Notes under the pieces: generated by a model | The model's database searches: none | Told to the model about the DNA's origin: nothing | The model's input: the letters and a program-made list of their open reading frames with translations, nothing else | Assembly: GCA_964228455.1 (NCBI GenBank) | Contig: CAXQZM010000043.1 | Span: 22,633-86,632, forward strand | DNA length: 64,000 bases | From: Alphaproteobacteria bacterium | GTDB lineage: Bacteria > Pseudomonadota > Alphaproteobacteria > UBA7985 | Direction: 5' to 3' | Shown here: positions 29,041-39,827 of the stretch, piece after piece | How the letters are laid out: each line of letters starts with the position of its first letter | How positions within the stretch are numbered: position 1 is the first letter of the stretch | Translations under genes and position numbers: made by a program

Positions 29041-29626
29041 AGCAGGGGTTCTTACGATCCGTGGCGGCAAGTTTCGTGGAAAAAAACTTAAGGTGCCACC
29101 AGGGAGCTCTGTTCGACCAACAACTGACCGCGCTCGTGAACGCGCTTTTCAGCTGATTGAACAGCGTTTTAGACATCCTGATGGAAGGGCAAGATGGGCC
29201 GGTGCGCGTGTCTTGGACGCTTTTGCAGGCACTGGCGCATTGGGCATAGAGGCGGCTAGTCGCGGAGCGAGGCACATCACATTTTGGGATATAAGCACTA
29301 AACAGGCAAAAGCACTCGAGGACTTAATTAGAACTATTGATGGTTTTGACTCAGTGGTTTCTTGCCAAAATGCTTTAGCGCCTCCTCCCGGGTTGCCAGC
29401 AGATCTGATCTTTCTGGATCCCCCCTACAACTTGGGGCTTTTGGATCGGGCCGTAAAAATCTTGGCTAAGTCCGGCTGGATTGGTCCAAGTACTTTAATT
29501 TATGGAGAAACAGAGGCTGGCTGCAATCGTCCTATGAGCTGCAGAGTTATAGTGCAAAAACCAGAAGCCAATTCCATTTTATGGTTGCTCAGATGGACTG
29601 GTGATATTGACCAAACGCGGCTTTAG
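29030..29626 (+). CDS. rsmD: 16S rRNA (guanine966-N2)-methyltransferase
   Basis: RsmD N-terminal motif (IRGGKFRGKKL), SAM motif LDAFAGTGALGIE, DPPY motif. The exact start is uncertain: GTG at 29030 or 29012, overlapping the rluB end. Confidence 0.7.
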   Translation: MAGKAGVLTIRGGKFRGKKLKVPPGSSVRPTTDRARERAFQLIEQRFRHPDGRARWAGARVLDAFAGTGALGIEAASRGARHITFWDISTKQAKALEDLIRTIDGFDSVVSCQNALAPPPGLPADLIFLDPPYNLGLLDRAVKILAKSGWIGPSTLIYGETEAGCNRPMSCRVIVQKPEANSILWLLRWTGDIDQTRL

Positions 29627-29647
29627 ACCCTTGCGGCATTCCGACGC

Positions 29648-30715
29648 TTGTGGCGGAAGCGCTCCATCCGTATGTCGCTCGAAATGATACGAACTGTGCC
29701 TAAATCTATGGCCTATTGGCTTTTGTTAATGTGTGTGTGGATTATTGGCACTGCTATAATTGGCGCAATAACGAGACTTACAGATTCTGGCCTTTCAATG
29801 ATGACATGGGACGCCGTCGAGCTTTGGTGGCCATCCAGTGAGAGAATAGATCAATACTTCAGCCTTTATCAGGAAACACCCGAGTCCAGCATTACGGCCT
29901 TCACGCGTGAAGAGTTTGTTCCCAGATTTTTCTGGGAATGGTTTCACAGAAATTGGGGCCGTTTTTTGGGGCTGCTTTCGATTGGAGGGCTCCTCTACTA
30001 CGGCTTTCGTCGTCGATTAACTCGAACCGTTGCCCCTGTAGTTGTTGCAGGTCCTTTTCTAATAGGCTTTCAGGGCTTTCTTGGTTGGTTTATGGTCTAT
30101 TCGGGGTTTGAGAATGATATGGGGGTAAGCCATTATCGTTTAGCGCTTCATTTAGGCGGAGCATTTTTAGCTTATGGTCTTTTTTATTGGACGGCTTTGC
30201 GGATTTTAGAACCTAATCCTGACTGGAAAATACCATTAAATCCATGGGTATGGGCATCAGGTTTTTTGGCGCTAACGCTTGTATATGGAGCTTTTACAGC
30301 TGGGCTTAATGCAGCCGATGCCTCAAGTTCGTGGCCAAATTTTCACGCCGATAGATTTTTTCCTCGAGCGCTTTGTGATGGAGAGTCTCCGTGGGCTTTG
30401 GGATGCTGGGTAAACAGTAAGTGGGGGGTCCACTTTGTTCATCGAACGGTAGCAATATTTGCAACAGGTTTTTTAGTTATTGCCGCGGTCCGTACATTGG
30501 CAAGGCAACCCAGTAAATTCGGGAAAATTGTTGCCTGGGGAGGGCTAGCGATCGTAACCACTCAGTTTATTATGGGGATATGGATCGTTACAATGCCAGG
30601 ATCCATAATGAATCCAGCTCCTGCTAAACTGGCCTTAGCAGTCTTTCATCAATTCGGTGGATTAACGCTGTTTACCATAGCTTTGACAGCCATATACGGC
30701 CGACCTAGGTGCTAA
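29648..30715 (+). CDS. ctaA: heme A synthase (COX15/CtaA)
   Basis: 8 TM helices with paired His in the helices (HYRLALH, HFVHRTVA). Size fits type-2 CtaA. Confidence 0.7.
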   Translation: MWRKRSIRMSLEMIRTVPKSMAYWLLLMCVWIIGTAIIGAITRLTDSGLSMMTWDAVELWWPSSERIDQYFSLYQETPESSITAFTREEFVPRFFWEWFHRNWGRFLGLLSIGGLLYYGFRRRLTRTVAPVVVAGPFLIGFQGFLGWFMVYSGFENDMGVSHYRLALHLGGAFLAYGLFYWTALRILEPNPDWKIPLNPWVWASGFLALTLVYGAFTAGLNAADASSSWPNFHADRFFPRALCDGESPWALGCWVNSKWGVHFVHRTVAIFATGFLVIAAVRTLARQPSKFGKIVAWGGLAIVTTQFIMGIWIVTMPGSIMNPAPAKLALAVFHQFGGLTLFTIALTAIYGRPRC

Positions 30716-30756
30716 GTCCTGTTTCGGCCGATGCAAAGCAAAAGCCAACAGGTGGA

Positions 30757-31980
30757 TTATGGCTGCTGAAGAACAAACCTGCTTGGATTTCTCCGCATAA
30801 AGCAAGTTGCGACGAAAGAGGCCGCCGCTAACATCGCACCGACCCAGAACACCAATGCAGGCCCTCCGAAAGACATCATCCCTAACCGCACACCTGCTAT
30901 ATGATCTGAAGAGACATATAGAAGACCTAGAGCAATGGGTAGAGTTACAGCTGCAATATGGTTAATTGAAAAGGATACGGCGGCAGAGCCAGCAAGATCT
31001 TGAGGCTCGGCAATTTTCTTAAAGTATGACTCCATGCCAACGGCAAATTGGAACAAAACATGGTCGATAATATAAAGGGCGATTACCAGTGGTAATGCCC
31101 ATTTCGTCCCGGAATTCGCTAAGGCCAGACCATATGCTAAAAATACCAAGAGAAGGCCTGCGTATTCTATCTGCAATATTAGCCTTTCTCCGAACCGGTT
31201 AATAGCTGGACCCAAAATTAAGCCAGTCCCCATGTTAATTACTGAATTAACCAATAGCAGAAGAAGCATTTGCTCAATTTTCAAATCGAAAATGTCTACT
31301 AAGATGAAGGTGGCAAAAACGATGAAAATCTGCCGTCTCGCTCCAGAGAGAAAGGTAAGAATATAATAAAGAACATAGCGCCAACGAATAATGAACTCGT
31401 TTTTTTGGGTGGAGTTTGTTTGGAAAACCGGAAAGGCCGCCCACGCATAAAGCACACAAGCAACGGGTATGATGCCAGCTAGAAGGTAGCCCAGGGTATA
31501 TGATATTTCTAATTGCCAAAATAGTAACATGAAAATGGAGAGGGCTAGAACAGTCGCGCCATTGCTCACGCTCATCACCCTTCCTAGAACAATTGGAGTT
31601 GTTCTATCGTCAAACCACTGCAGCGAAAGCGACTTGTAAACAGTATAAAAGAAATGAAACCCAAGAGAATTGAGGAATGTTGTAAGAAGCAAGAGAGACA
31701 GGCTAGAAAAAAAACCAGTTATTCCAATACCAACTCCTAGAACTGTCACCGCGACAAGGGCCAAGCGTTGTTCCTTGATATAGGCCAATAAGAAGACCGT
31801 AGTGAATGCCAAGAACCCAGGAATTTCTCTAACGGTTTCAACGAGGGCGTTTTGTAAACCATCAACGCCTACAACCTCTACTGAAAAATTTTTGAGCATG
31901 GCGGCCCAGGCCGCAAAAGCAAAAGCCTGAGCTCCAGATAAAACATAAAGAAAGGCCTGCTTTCTTTGTATGTCAGTCAA
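30757..31980 (-). CDS. MFS transporter
   Basis: 12 predicted TM helices; TTG start whose codon overlaps the pheS stop. Confidence 0.55.
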   Translation of the reverse strand: MTDIQRKQAFLYVLSGAQAFAFAAWAAMLKNFSVEVVGVDGLQNALVETVREIPGFLAFTTVFLLAYIKEQRLALVAVTVLGVGIGITGFFSSLSLLLLTTFLNSLGFHFFYTVYKSLSLQWFDDRTTPIVLGRVMSVSNGATVLALSIFMLLFWQLEISYTLGYLLAGIIPVACVLYAWAAFPVFQTNSTQKNEFIIRWRYVLYYILTFLSGARRQIFIVFATFILVDIFDLKIEQMLLLLLVNSVINMGTGLILGPAINRFGERLILQIEYAGLLLVFLAYGLALANSGTKWALPLVIALYIIDHVLFQFAVGMESYFKKIAEPQDLAGSAAVSFSINHIAAVTLPIALGLLYVSSDHIAGVRLGMMSFGGPALVFWVGAMLAAASFVATCFMRRNPSRFVLQQP

Positions 31981-31981
31981 A

Positions 31982-33055
31982 CTAGAGTCCAGTCACTACA
32001 TTTGGACGATCAAGTGGATCGAAACCGTAGTGCTGTATCCAATTTTGATCTCCGTCAAAGAAGGTTCTGAGGTCGGGAATCCCGTATTTGAGCATTGCTA
32101 GCCGCTCAATCCCCATGCCGAACGCAAAACCCTGGTATTTATTTGAATCTATGTTGCAGTTTTCCAGAACCTTTGGATGCACCATTCCTGATCCAAGAAT
32201 CTCTAACCAATCGCTTCCTTCGCCTAGTTTCAATTGACCTCCAGAGCGATCGCACTGAATATCAACTTCTGCAGAGGGTTCTGTGAAAGGGAAGTATGAA
32301 GGCCTCAGTCGAAGTTTTACCTCATCAAGCCCAAAAAAGGCTTTCAAAAAGTCTTCTAGCACTCCTTTTAAATGAGCCATTGTGCTGATTTCGTCGATTA
32401 CCAAGCCTTCAACTTGATGAAACATGGGAGTATGCGTGGCGTCATAGTCCGAGCGAAAAGTTCGACCTGGAGCAATAACTCTGATGGGGGGTTCCTGGGT
32501 TAACATAGTTCTGGCTTGAACGGGGCTAGTGTGGGTGCGCAGGACTAATGATCCCTCATCACCAGAATGACCTGCCATATAAAAAGTATCTTGCATTTGC
32601 CTCGCGGCATGGTCTGCTGGCATATTCATCGCCGTGAAATTATACCAGTCTGTTTCTATTTCTGGCCCGTCCGCCCAATTGAAGCCCATTTCACCAAAAA
32701 TGGCGACGATCTCGTCAATCGTTTGCGTTATGGGATGTATTTTCCCAGTTAATCGTGGACGCGCGGGTTGAGACACATCAACCCGTTCTTCTGACAACCG
32801 GACTTCAAGCTCTGCCCGTTTTAAAATAGCACCTTGGCTGTCGAGCGCTTCTTGCAAAAGCGCCTTCAGTTTGTTTACACCTTGGCCATATTCTCGGCGT
32901 TTGTCAGGATCCATCGTGCCAAGTTTTTTTAGTTCGCCAGTAAGCTTACCCTTTTTGCCCAAGATAGATACACGTGCTTCTTCTATCTCAGCTAGAGAGC
33001 TAGCGCTTCTAACTTGGGCTAGCAGAGTTTTTTCAAGGACTTGAAGTTCAGACAC
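31982..33055 (-). CDS. pheS: phenylalanine--tRNA ligase alpha subunit
   Basis: N-terminal coiled-coil, then the class II core (motif 2 FRSDYDATHTPMFHQVEG, motif 3 GFAFGMGIERLAML). Confidence 0.9.
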   Translation of the reverse strand: MSELQVLEKTLLAQVRSASSLAEIEEARVSILGKKGKLTGELKKLGTMDPDKRREYGQGVNKLKALLQEALDSQGAILKRAELEVRLSEERVDVSQPARPRLTGKIHPITQTIDEIVAIFGEMGFNWADGPEIETDWYNFTAMNMPADHAARQMQDTFYMAGHSGDEGSLVLRTHTSPVQARTMLTQEPPIRVIAPGRTFRSDYDATHTPMFHQVEGLVIDEISTMAHLKGVLEDFLKAFFGLDEVKLRLRPSYFPFTEPSAEVDIQCDRSGGQLKLGEGSDWLEILGSGMVHPKVLENCNIDSNKYQGFAFGMGIERLAMLKYGIPDLRTFFDGDQNWIQHYGFDPLDRPNVVTGL

Positions 33056-33063
33056 AACGATTC

Positions 33064-34083
33064 CTATGCACTAGGGTCAACAATTTTCCGACCAGTTACA
33101 GCGCCTTTCAAGACCTGTTTTGCTAGATCAGGGATGGCATCAAGACCAACAACTTCGGTAATAGAGTCCCAATGGTTCTGGGGCATATCAGTTGCTAAGC
33201 GATCCCAAACTCGCTTTCGCAAACTTATGGGCGCCATGACAGAATCGATACCCAAGATATTGACTCCCCGCAGGAGGAAAGGAACCACGGTAGTATTGAG
33301 CTTATTACCGGCAGCCAGCCCGATTGATGCAACAGACCCGCCATATGCTATTTTTGGCAAAGCGCAAGCAAGTGAATGACCACCGGCAGCATCGATAACT
33401 CCCGCATAAGTCTCTCGATCTAGTGCTCTAGGTTTTTCTACTTCGTGCTCATCTCTTGCAATGATATCACGCACACCAAGCGACCGAAGGTAGTCAATCT
33501 GATCTGGCTTGCCTGTGACCGCCGTCACTTCATGTCCTAAATTTGCTAAGATCGCACACGCCACAGATCCTACTCCTCCCGTAGCACCCAGAACAAGTAC
33601 TGGCTTACCACCAGTTTTTAGGCCATGATCTTCAAGAGCAATAATTCCTTGCATAGCAGTAAAGCCAGCAGTTCCTGCTGCCATGGCGTTTAACAGTGAC
33701 AATCCATTAGGTTTTTTCACCAGCCAGTCACTCTTAACGCGTGCTTTTTCCGCATAGCCGCCCCAGTGAATTTCTCCACAACGCCAACCTGTCAGGATAA
33801 CTTCGTCACCGACTACAAAGTTTGAAGATTCTGATGCAGAAACTTTACCGGCTAGGTCGATCCCCGGCACATGTGGAAACTCTTTTGTGAGCCCGCCAAG
33901 GCCAAGAGTCACTAAGCCGTCTTTGTAATTAAATGAGGAGTATGAGACGTCTATTGTCACGTCCCCATCGGGGAGCTGGTTTTCGTCCATATTTTGCACT
34001 GATGCAGTGAATTTTGGCTTTTCGCCCTCTCCCTGCTCATGCTTTTCAATTACCAGTCCTTTAAACACTTGGCATCTCCTCAA
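33064..34083 (-). CDS. MDR-family NADPH-dependent oxidoreductase, YhdH/AcuI (acrylyl-CoA reductase) subgroup
   Basis: GDVTIDVSYSSFNYKDGL...PGIDLAG pattern recalled from YhdH, and the GATGGVG Rossmann motif. Confidence 0.7.
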   Translation of the reverse strand: MRRCQVFKGLVIEKHEQGEGEKPKFTASVQNMDENQLPDGDVTIDVSYSSFNYKDGLVTLGLGGLTKEFPHVPGIDLAGKVSASESSNFVVGDEVILTGWRCGEIHWGGYAEKARVKSDWLVKKPNGLSLLNAMAAGTAGFTAMQGIIALEDHGLKTGGKPVLVLGATGGVGSVACAILANLGHEVTAVTGKPDQIDYLRSLGVRDIIARDEHEVEKPRALDRETYAGVIDAAGGHSLACALPKIAYGGSVASIGLAAGNKLNTTVVPFLLRGVNILGIDSVMAPISLRKRVWDRLATDMPQNHWDSITEVVGLDAIPDLAKQVLKGAVTGRKIVDPSA

Positions 34084-34147
34084 ATTAATGTGACGTCCTT
34101 TAGACCCATGGGTGGCTTTATTGAACCCCTTTGCTTAAGGGAGCGCC

Positions 34148-34900
34148 ATGAATCTTATTCCCCAGTGGTCAAAGAAAGACATAATGTTGCTTAGCGGCCA
34201 AGAACACTTAAAATCAGTAACAAATTTGGCCCGAAATGGCCAACATGTTATGATTGCTCCCTCGCATGTAAAGCTAGTTGACAATAATGTTGCTACTGCG
34301 GTGCCATGGAAGAATGATTGGTCATCTTTAAATCGATTATTAACCGACCATGGTATAAAATTTAGGACAGTGTTGCGATTTGATGCCGATGGAGGTGGAG
34401 AAACGGAAGGACAGCTTAGAACCTATCGACGAAACAGCGTGATGATGCGCTGGATCCTAAAGCGGTACATCAAAGATCCAGTTGGTTTGTATTTGAACCA
34501 TTTCTGTGACCCAGTTCAGGTTAAAGCCTCTATAAAAAGATTGTACGGGGCGACCCGAGATACTTTGCCTAACCAGTCCCTGTTAATTTACCCATTTGGG
34601 AATTGGTTTCTTCCAGGCGCTGAGTCATTTGATAAGACGCTTGTAATGGCTGACGGTGGAAATGCTTTTGAGTCTGACAAGGATCGGCTAAAATATGATG
34701 CGGGCGTGAAGCGCGGGATGGCCCAGCTGTCAATTCGATTTAAAGTGCCTGTTTTGCCAATCTATGGAACTTACAAAAACAAGGCTTGGCAATTTATTGT
34801 CGATAAACCAATCGCTGTTGACGCAACTAACAATTCTTTAGAGTTAACCCATATATGGCTTGACCGCTTAGGGAAAATGAAAGCTCGTATTTGGGGGTAA
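34148..34900 (+). CDS. hypothetical protein (possible degenerate LPLAT/LpxL-like acyltransferase)
   Basis: Only weak cues: an H-x4-D (HVKLVD) and an FGNW block reminiscent of the lipid A acyltransferase HFGNWE motif. Not a confident identification. Confidence 0.3.
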   Translation: MNLIPQWSKKDIMLLSGQEHLKSVTNLARNGQHVMIAPSHVKLVDNNVATAVPWKNDWSSLNRLLTDHGIKFRTVLRFDADGGGETEGQLRTYRRNSVMMRWILKRYIKDPVGLYLNHFCDPVQVKASIKRLYGATRDTLPNQSLLIYPFGNWFLPGAESFDKTLVMADGGNAFESDKDRLKYDAGVKRGMAQLSIRFKVPVLPIYGTYKNKAWQFIVDKPIAVDATNNSLELTHIWLDRLGKMKARIWG

Positions 34901-34923
34901 ATTCGGAGTTAAAATTCTAAACA

Positions 34924-35964
34924 TCAAGTCAAAAGTTCGGTGATGTGCCCCATTTTTCGCCCGACTTTTGGTGTCTGTTTTCCATAGTCGTGCCAGTAAC
35001 ATTTGTTACGAGTTTCAGGAGTTAAAATATCTTCTCCTAAGACATTAGTCATAATCGCGTTAGCCAACTGAACGGGCTCCCGAAGGGGCTCGGAAAGAAG
35101 AGCGCTGATGGCTAAGTCAAATTGGCTTTGGTCGCACGCCTCAATAGTCCAATGGCCTGAATTGTGGGGTCTTGGTGCCATTTCATTAAATACCAGTTCG
35201 CCGTTTCCTAGTACAAAAAACTCAATTGCCAAAAGCCCTTCTAGCTTCAAGCTATTTGCTAAGTCTGTGCCGCACCTTTGCGCCCTTTCTTGTATTTCTT
35301 TGGTGACTTTACCGGGTACGACCGATTGATGAAGGATTCCTTCACGATGAATATTTTCCCCACAAGGGAATGTAATTACATCCCCGGCACTATTGCGCGC
35401 TACAAGGACACTGGTCTCAAACTTGAAACTTATCAGTCCTTCTAAAATTAGCTCCGCTTTTGGCGTCTTTTTCCAAAGTTCCGCCAGATCGGTCGCTGAT
35501 GATATTCGCCATTGCCCCTTGCCATCATATCCTAAGCGACGCGTCTTAAGGATGCCTTCACCATTTGTTTTACAGAGTGCTGACTTCAAGTCTTCAAAGC
35601 AATCTATAGAATAATAGGGCGCGGGATTAAGACCAGCCTTCATAGCGGATTCTTTTTCTTTCAGACGATCCTGCGCTATAGAAAAAATATGAGCAGAAGG
35701 CTTGCAGCCTGCAGTCTGTAAAGCAACTAGTGAAACATTCTCGAACTCTGAAGTGACTACGTCACAAGTGCCAGCGAATTCTGACAAGGCGGACACGTCC
35801 TCAAAACTTGCCTCCGTGAAACAGTTAGTTACCTGCGCTAACGGGGAATTCGTATTTTGGCCAAAACCATGCACTACGAAGCCACGCCTCTGCGCGGCTT
35901 GGGCCAACATTCTACCAAGTTGACCATCGCCTAATATACCTATGGTCGCTCGGCGAGCGATCAT
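34924..35964 (-). CDS. purK: N5-carboxyaminoimidazole ribonucleotide synthase
   Basis: ATP-grasp N-terminus [11 protein letters not shown]; overlaps purE by 4 nt. Confidence 0.85.
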   Translation of the reverse strand: MIARRATIGILGDGQLGRMLAQAAQRRGFVVHGFGQNTNSPLAQVTNCFTEASFEDVSALSEFAGTCDVVTSEFENVSLVALQTAGCKPSAHIFSIAQDRLKEKESAMKAGLNPAPYYSIDCFEDLKSALCKTNGEGILKTRRLGYDGKGQWRISSATDLAELWKKTPKAELILEGLISFKFETSVLVARNSAGDVITFPCGENIHREGILHQSVVPGKVTKEIQERAQRCGTDLANSLKLEGLLAIEFFVLGNGELVFNEMAPRPHNSGHWTIEACDQSQFDLAISALLSEPLREPVQLANAIMTNVLGEDILTPETRNKCYWHDYGKQTPKVGRKMGHITELLT

Positions 35965-36458
35965 AGGGCGGGCCGCATCTCAACAGAGGCTGACTGCTCA
36001 GCCCTATAATTGTTTAAACGGATTGCTAGATCATTATCGTTAAGGGACAAAATTGAGGCGGCCAACAATGCAGCGTTTTTCGCTCCAGCAGTGCCGATTG
36101 CCAAAGTGCCCACAGGTATCCCGCCCGGCATCTGTACAATCGAAAGCAGGGAGTCCATTCCATCAAGGGCCTTAGACTGAACTGGCACACCTAGGACAGG
36201 AAGGTCCGAGCTTGCTGCCACCATTCCGGGTAAATGAGCGGCGCCGCCAGCGCCTGCAATTATGACCTTTGCCCCCTTTGATCGGGCTGTTCTTGCAATA
36301 TCATTCATGCGATCTGGAGTGCGATGAGCTGATGCTATAAAAGATTCGTTGCTGATTCCGAGCAAGTCGCACGTTTCACCTGCTACTTTTAAAGTAGGCC
36401 AGTCAGACTGACTGCCCATCAGTATCAAAACTTTTGCGAAATTTTCAGGCAGACTCAT
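35961..36458 (-). CDS. purE: N5-carboxyaminoimidazole ribonucleotide mutase
   Basis: MGSQSDW and [10 protein letters not shown] motifs. Confidence 0.9.
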   Translation of the reverse strand: MSLPENFAKVLILMGSQSDWPTLKVAGETCDLLGISNESFIASAHRTPDRMNDIARTARSKGAKVIIAGAGGAAHLPGMVAASSDLPVLGVPVQSKALDGMDSLLSIVQMPGGIPVGTLAIGTAGAKNAALLAASILSLNDNDLAIRLNNYRAEQSASVEMRPAL

Positions 36459-36469
36459 GACGAATAGCT

Positions 36470-37174
36470 CTAGTTATCGCTGCCGTCGCGGTTTGTTTGA
36501 GCCAGCTTAAACAGTGCTTCTGGTATGGCATAAGGAGCTGAATCGTCAGGTTTACTTTTGTTCGCAAAAGCTAGAGCGTCAGCAGCAAGAGAATCGGCAC
36601 TTTGAGCCACTTGATTGGCCGCCTCTGCTTCAGCTTTTAACTCTGTGGCGGTTTTACCATCAGACACCTTAGCAACTTCTCGATCTAAATCCTGTTGCTT
36701 GCATAGACCCAGGAGGACAGGGTCGCGAGGTGTAATGTTTGCCATATTCCAATGGTTTCGATTTCGGATAGTACCAATCGTGTTTTTTGTTGTACCAATC
36801 AGCTTAATAATTTGCGAATCTTTTAGGTCTGGGAAGGTTTTTACAAGGAACGCAATAGCGTCAGGCTTTTCCTGCCGTCGGGCGATAGGGGTATACCGCG
36901 GGCCTTTGGAGCGTTTAGCTGGGAGAGGGACCGTTGAAGCTTTTAGCTGTAAACGCGCCTCTGCATCTTTTTCGCAACGCTCAATCTCATTTCTGTCTAG
37001 CTGATTATTCTGCAGAGGACTTAGGCCGACTATACCTGAGGCTACGTCTCCATCTGCTATGCCCTTGACTTCTAGAACATGAAGGTCGCAAAATTCTGCT
37101 ATCTGCTCGAAGCTTAGTGCTGTGTTGTCAACTAGCCATACCGCCGTGGCTTTCGGCATTAGGGGCGTATTCAT
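36470..37174 (-). CDS. conserved protein with an internal tandem duplication (DUF1013-like)
   Basis: Two ~55-aa repeats, residues ~20-75 and ~105-160 (LSFEQIAEF...GLSP versus LKDSQIIKL...NITP). Recalled resemblance to DUF1013; uncertain. Confidence 0.35.
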   Translation of the reverse strand: MNTPLMPKATAVWLVDNTALSFEQIAEFCDLHVLEVKGIADGDVASGIVGLSPLQNNQLDRNEIERCEKDAEARLQLKASTVPLPAKRSKGPRYTPIARRQEKPDAIAFLVKTFPDLKDSQIIKLIGTTKNTIGTIRNRNHWNMANITPRDPVLLGLCKQQDLDREVAKVSDGKTATELKAEAEAANQVAQSADSLAADALAFANKSKPDDSAPYAIPEALFKLAQTNRDGSDN

Positions 37175-37336
37175 GCCTATACTCTCAATTCAATTTTCAT
37201 GGGATTTAGCGGTCTATAGGCTTAAGAAGTCGCGCCTGCAAGAGGCCCGCTTTGTCCTATTTTCTTTAAGAACATTTTGAAGCTTTGGCTAAGAGCGTAC
37301 GTTCCAATAATGCGAGAATTCGTGTAATGACTTCTT

Positions 37337-37954
37337 ATGAGCGCTCGCGCATTAATATTTAGCCTATTTTTCCTACTCGTAGCAGTTGGAACTTTCATTT
37401 ACTTTGTCGCATTCCCACCTCGTGGGTCTCAGAAAGGAATCGACCTGCGCGCCCAGCTCCATACTGGTGAGATCAAGCGACTGTCAGAACTTCCGGGCGA
37501 TCTGCGTTTGATCTACTTTGGCTACATGAACTGTCCAGATGTTTGCTTGGATGCAGCACTATCGATTGGCTCTGCGCTCAAGAATTTGAATTCAGACAGT
37601 TCAGTGGAAAGTGACCGCGTCACCAATGTTTTCATTACGCTTGATCCGGAAGATGATGTGATTGACGGAGCTTACAATGAGCTCCAGGGCTATCTTGAGA
37701 GTCGATACTCAGGTGCTGGGTTTGCTATGCGCCCCAAGGATAGAAAACACGCGAAAAAAATGGCGGGCGCATTTGGCGTTAGTTTTGAATATGTGGCTGA
37801 TGAATTTTTTCCATTGGGCTACCGGGTAGACCATGCAAGCCTGATTTTTTTAACTGACAAGCAGGGCCAAATACTGACATATTATGCCGATCGAACACCA
37901 GGGCGTGTGATTGCAGCCGACGCTAAAATCTATTTAGGCCAGCTTGATCTTTAA
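37337..37954 (+). CDS. SCO1/SenC family copper chaperone
   Basis: N-terminal TM anchor, CPDVC metal-binding motif (YFGYMNCPDVC), and a downstream conserved His. Confidence 0.75.
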   Translation: MSARALIFSLFFLLVAVGTFIYFVAFPPRGSQKGIDLRAQLHTGEIKRLSELPGDLRLIYFGYMNCPDVCLDAALSIGSALKNLNSDSSVESDRVTNVFITLDPEDDVIDGAYNELQGYLESRYSGAGFAMRPKDRKHAKKMAGAFGVSFEYVADEFFPLGYRVDHASLIFLTDKQGQILTYYADRTPGRVIAADAKIYLGQLDL

Positions 37955-38802
37955 GGGGCTAGTTTGTCCGCTGCGTATGTCGGCCAGGCTTGATGAATCA
38001 GAGCCATCTCATTGAATTTTTTTTGATCCATAGGTTGTGAAATTTCGTTTCTATGTATTCCGGAGTTAACATACAGGACGTCGATGCCGTGAGCTATCGC
38101 ACCTCTAACGTCCGTTTTAAAAGAATCGCCAATCGCTAAAAGGCGATTGGCGGGAATTTGCGAGCTTCTAAAGATTTCGTCATAGACTGCCTTATAAGGC
38201 TTTCCAAACCAAGATACTTTGCCGCCAATTTCGACGTAAGCTTGGGCTATAGATCCCGCGCAAATCTCCACGGATTTGCCTCTTTGCACGATCAAATCTG
38301 GATTTGCGCAGATCATTGGTAGTTGAAGCGCCAGAGCTTTCTTTAGCCAATATTCAAAAGGCAAAGTGCTATTGTAACCTTGATCTGGTCCAACATTTAA
38401 AATCCACTCTGCCCGCTCGAGTGTATCAACGAATTCCACGTTTGATAACCCAGCCTTCATGTCCTGATCTTTCGGTGCTCCAAAGAAAAAAGCTCTTGTA
38501 CCAAGAGAGTGCAGCTCGCCTTTTTTGATTGCCTGCCAAGCGATCTCACCCGATGTTACTAAGTTGTCCAAGAGAGAAGGCTCGAGGCCTAACCGGCCAA
38601 TAAGGTTTGTTAGGGCCGCATCTCTTCTCCTGGGAGCGTTGGAAAGAAAGGTTATTGACTTGTCGAGAGATTTTGCATGTTTGAGTGCCGCTATTGCTTC
38701 AGGGAATAGAGACTCTCCATTATGCATGACCCCCCATAGGTCTACAATGAGACCATCGTATCCATCAATTACTTGATTCAAGCCTTCGACAAACTGGGTC
38801 AT
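37951..38802 (-). CDS. HAD-superfamily class IIA hydrolase (TIGR01459-like)
   Basis: DLWGV motif I, SNAP motif II, GDS...D motif IV. Confidence 0.65.
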   Translation of the reverse strand: MTQFVEGLNQVIDGYDGLIVDLWGVMHNGESLFPEAIAALKHAKSLDKSITFLSNAPRRRDAALTNLIGRLGLEPSLLDNLVTSGEIAWQAIKKGELHSLGTRAFFFGAPKDQDMKAGLSNVEFVDTLERAEWILNVGPDQGYNSTLPFEYWLKKALALQLPMICANPDLIVQRGKSVEICAGSIAQAYVEIGGKVSWFGKPYKAVYDEIFRSSQIPANRLLAIGDSFKTDVRGAIAHGIDVLYVNSGIHRNEISQPMDQKKFNEMALIHQAWPTYAADKLAP

Positions 38803-39827
38803 GCCATACCACGAAGCTTTGCGACTTCTGTGACTCCAGCTTGTTGCATTGCTTTTAATATAGCAACGTTAACCTCTTGAATCAGATCTGGCCCCTGGAA
38901 GGCGATTCCAGTGTAAGACTGAATTAGTGTGGCACCTGCCTTAATCCGTTCTACAGCGTCAAGGCCCGACATGATTCCACCTACGCCTACTAAAGGTATT
39001 TGCTCTGAAATTTCTGAGTAAAACCTTTTAAGAGTCAATAGCGCTTTGTTTTTCAGGGGAGCGCCAGATAATCCGCCACGCTGGGCGCTGAACTTTTTAG
39101 GCAAATTCTCAGGCCGGTCCAGTGTAGTGTTGGATATGATTAAACCATCTACTTCTTCTTCAACTGCCACCTGAGAGATGAACTTGATTTGGTCCTCATC
39201 AAGATCTGGTGCGACCTTAGCAAGTAAGGGTGTGCCTTGAGTCTGTGCATCTTTTATGCCCCGTATCAAATCGCGGAGGCCCTCCGTTTGTTGATCTCGC
39301 AAGCCTTTAGTGTTGGGACTTGAAAGGTTTATCACCAAATATGAAGCCAGTCCTTCAAATAACTTTATACCTGATATGTATGCATGAAGTGGATTTTTCT
39401 CTGTTTTATTCATTCCGAGATTAACTCCCAAGGCAGCTTCAGGGTTCTTTGTGCGCCATGCCGCGAGACGCGCATAAACAACATCATGGCCGGAGGAGTT
39501 AAATCCGTAACGATTAATTACTGCTTGTTGTTTGGGTGCTCTAAATACGCGAGGTCTAGGATTACCTGATTGAGGATTAGGAGTAATTGTGCCAACCTCC
39601 ACAAAGCCCAAGCCTAGATTGAGTAGTGGGCTCATTACCTGCCCCTGTTTGTCAAAGCCTGCGGCCATTCCAAAAGGGCTCGGGAAAGTTTGCCCCCATA
39701 TTTTTATGCTAATACGAGGATCGGGGGCGGCCGCATGGCCACCAAGCCCGTACTTTAGTGCCCAAATACTAGCCTGGTGAGCTGGCTCTGGGTTTAGCAG
39801 GGAAAGAAGCGCGCCACTAAGGTTCAT
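38799..39827 (-). CDS. pyrD: dihydroorotate dehydrogenase (quinone), class 2
   Basis: N-terminal membrane-association segment; FMN/orotate-binding blocks (GFVEVGTITP, NLSSPNT, IGVGGI). Confidence 0.85.
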   Translation of the reverse strand: MNLSGALLSLLNPEPAHQASIWALKYGLGGHAAAPDPRISIKIWGQTFPSPFGMAAGFDKQGQVMSPLLNLGLGFVEVGTITPNPQSGNPRPRVFRAPKQQAVINRYGFNSSGHDVVYARLAAWRTKNPEAALGVNLGMNKTEKNPLHAYISGIKLFEGLASYLVINLSSPNTKGLRDQQTEGLRDLIRGIKDAQTQGTPLLAKVAPDLDEDQIKFISQVAVEEEVDGLIISNTTLDRPENLPKKFSAQRGGLSGAPLKNKALLTLKRFYSEISEQIPLVGVGGIMSGLDAVERIKAGATLIQSYTGIAFQGPDLIQEVNVAILKAMQQAGVTEVAKLRGMA

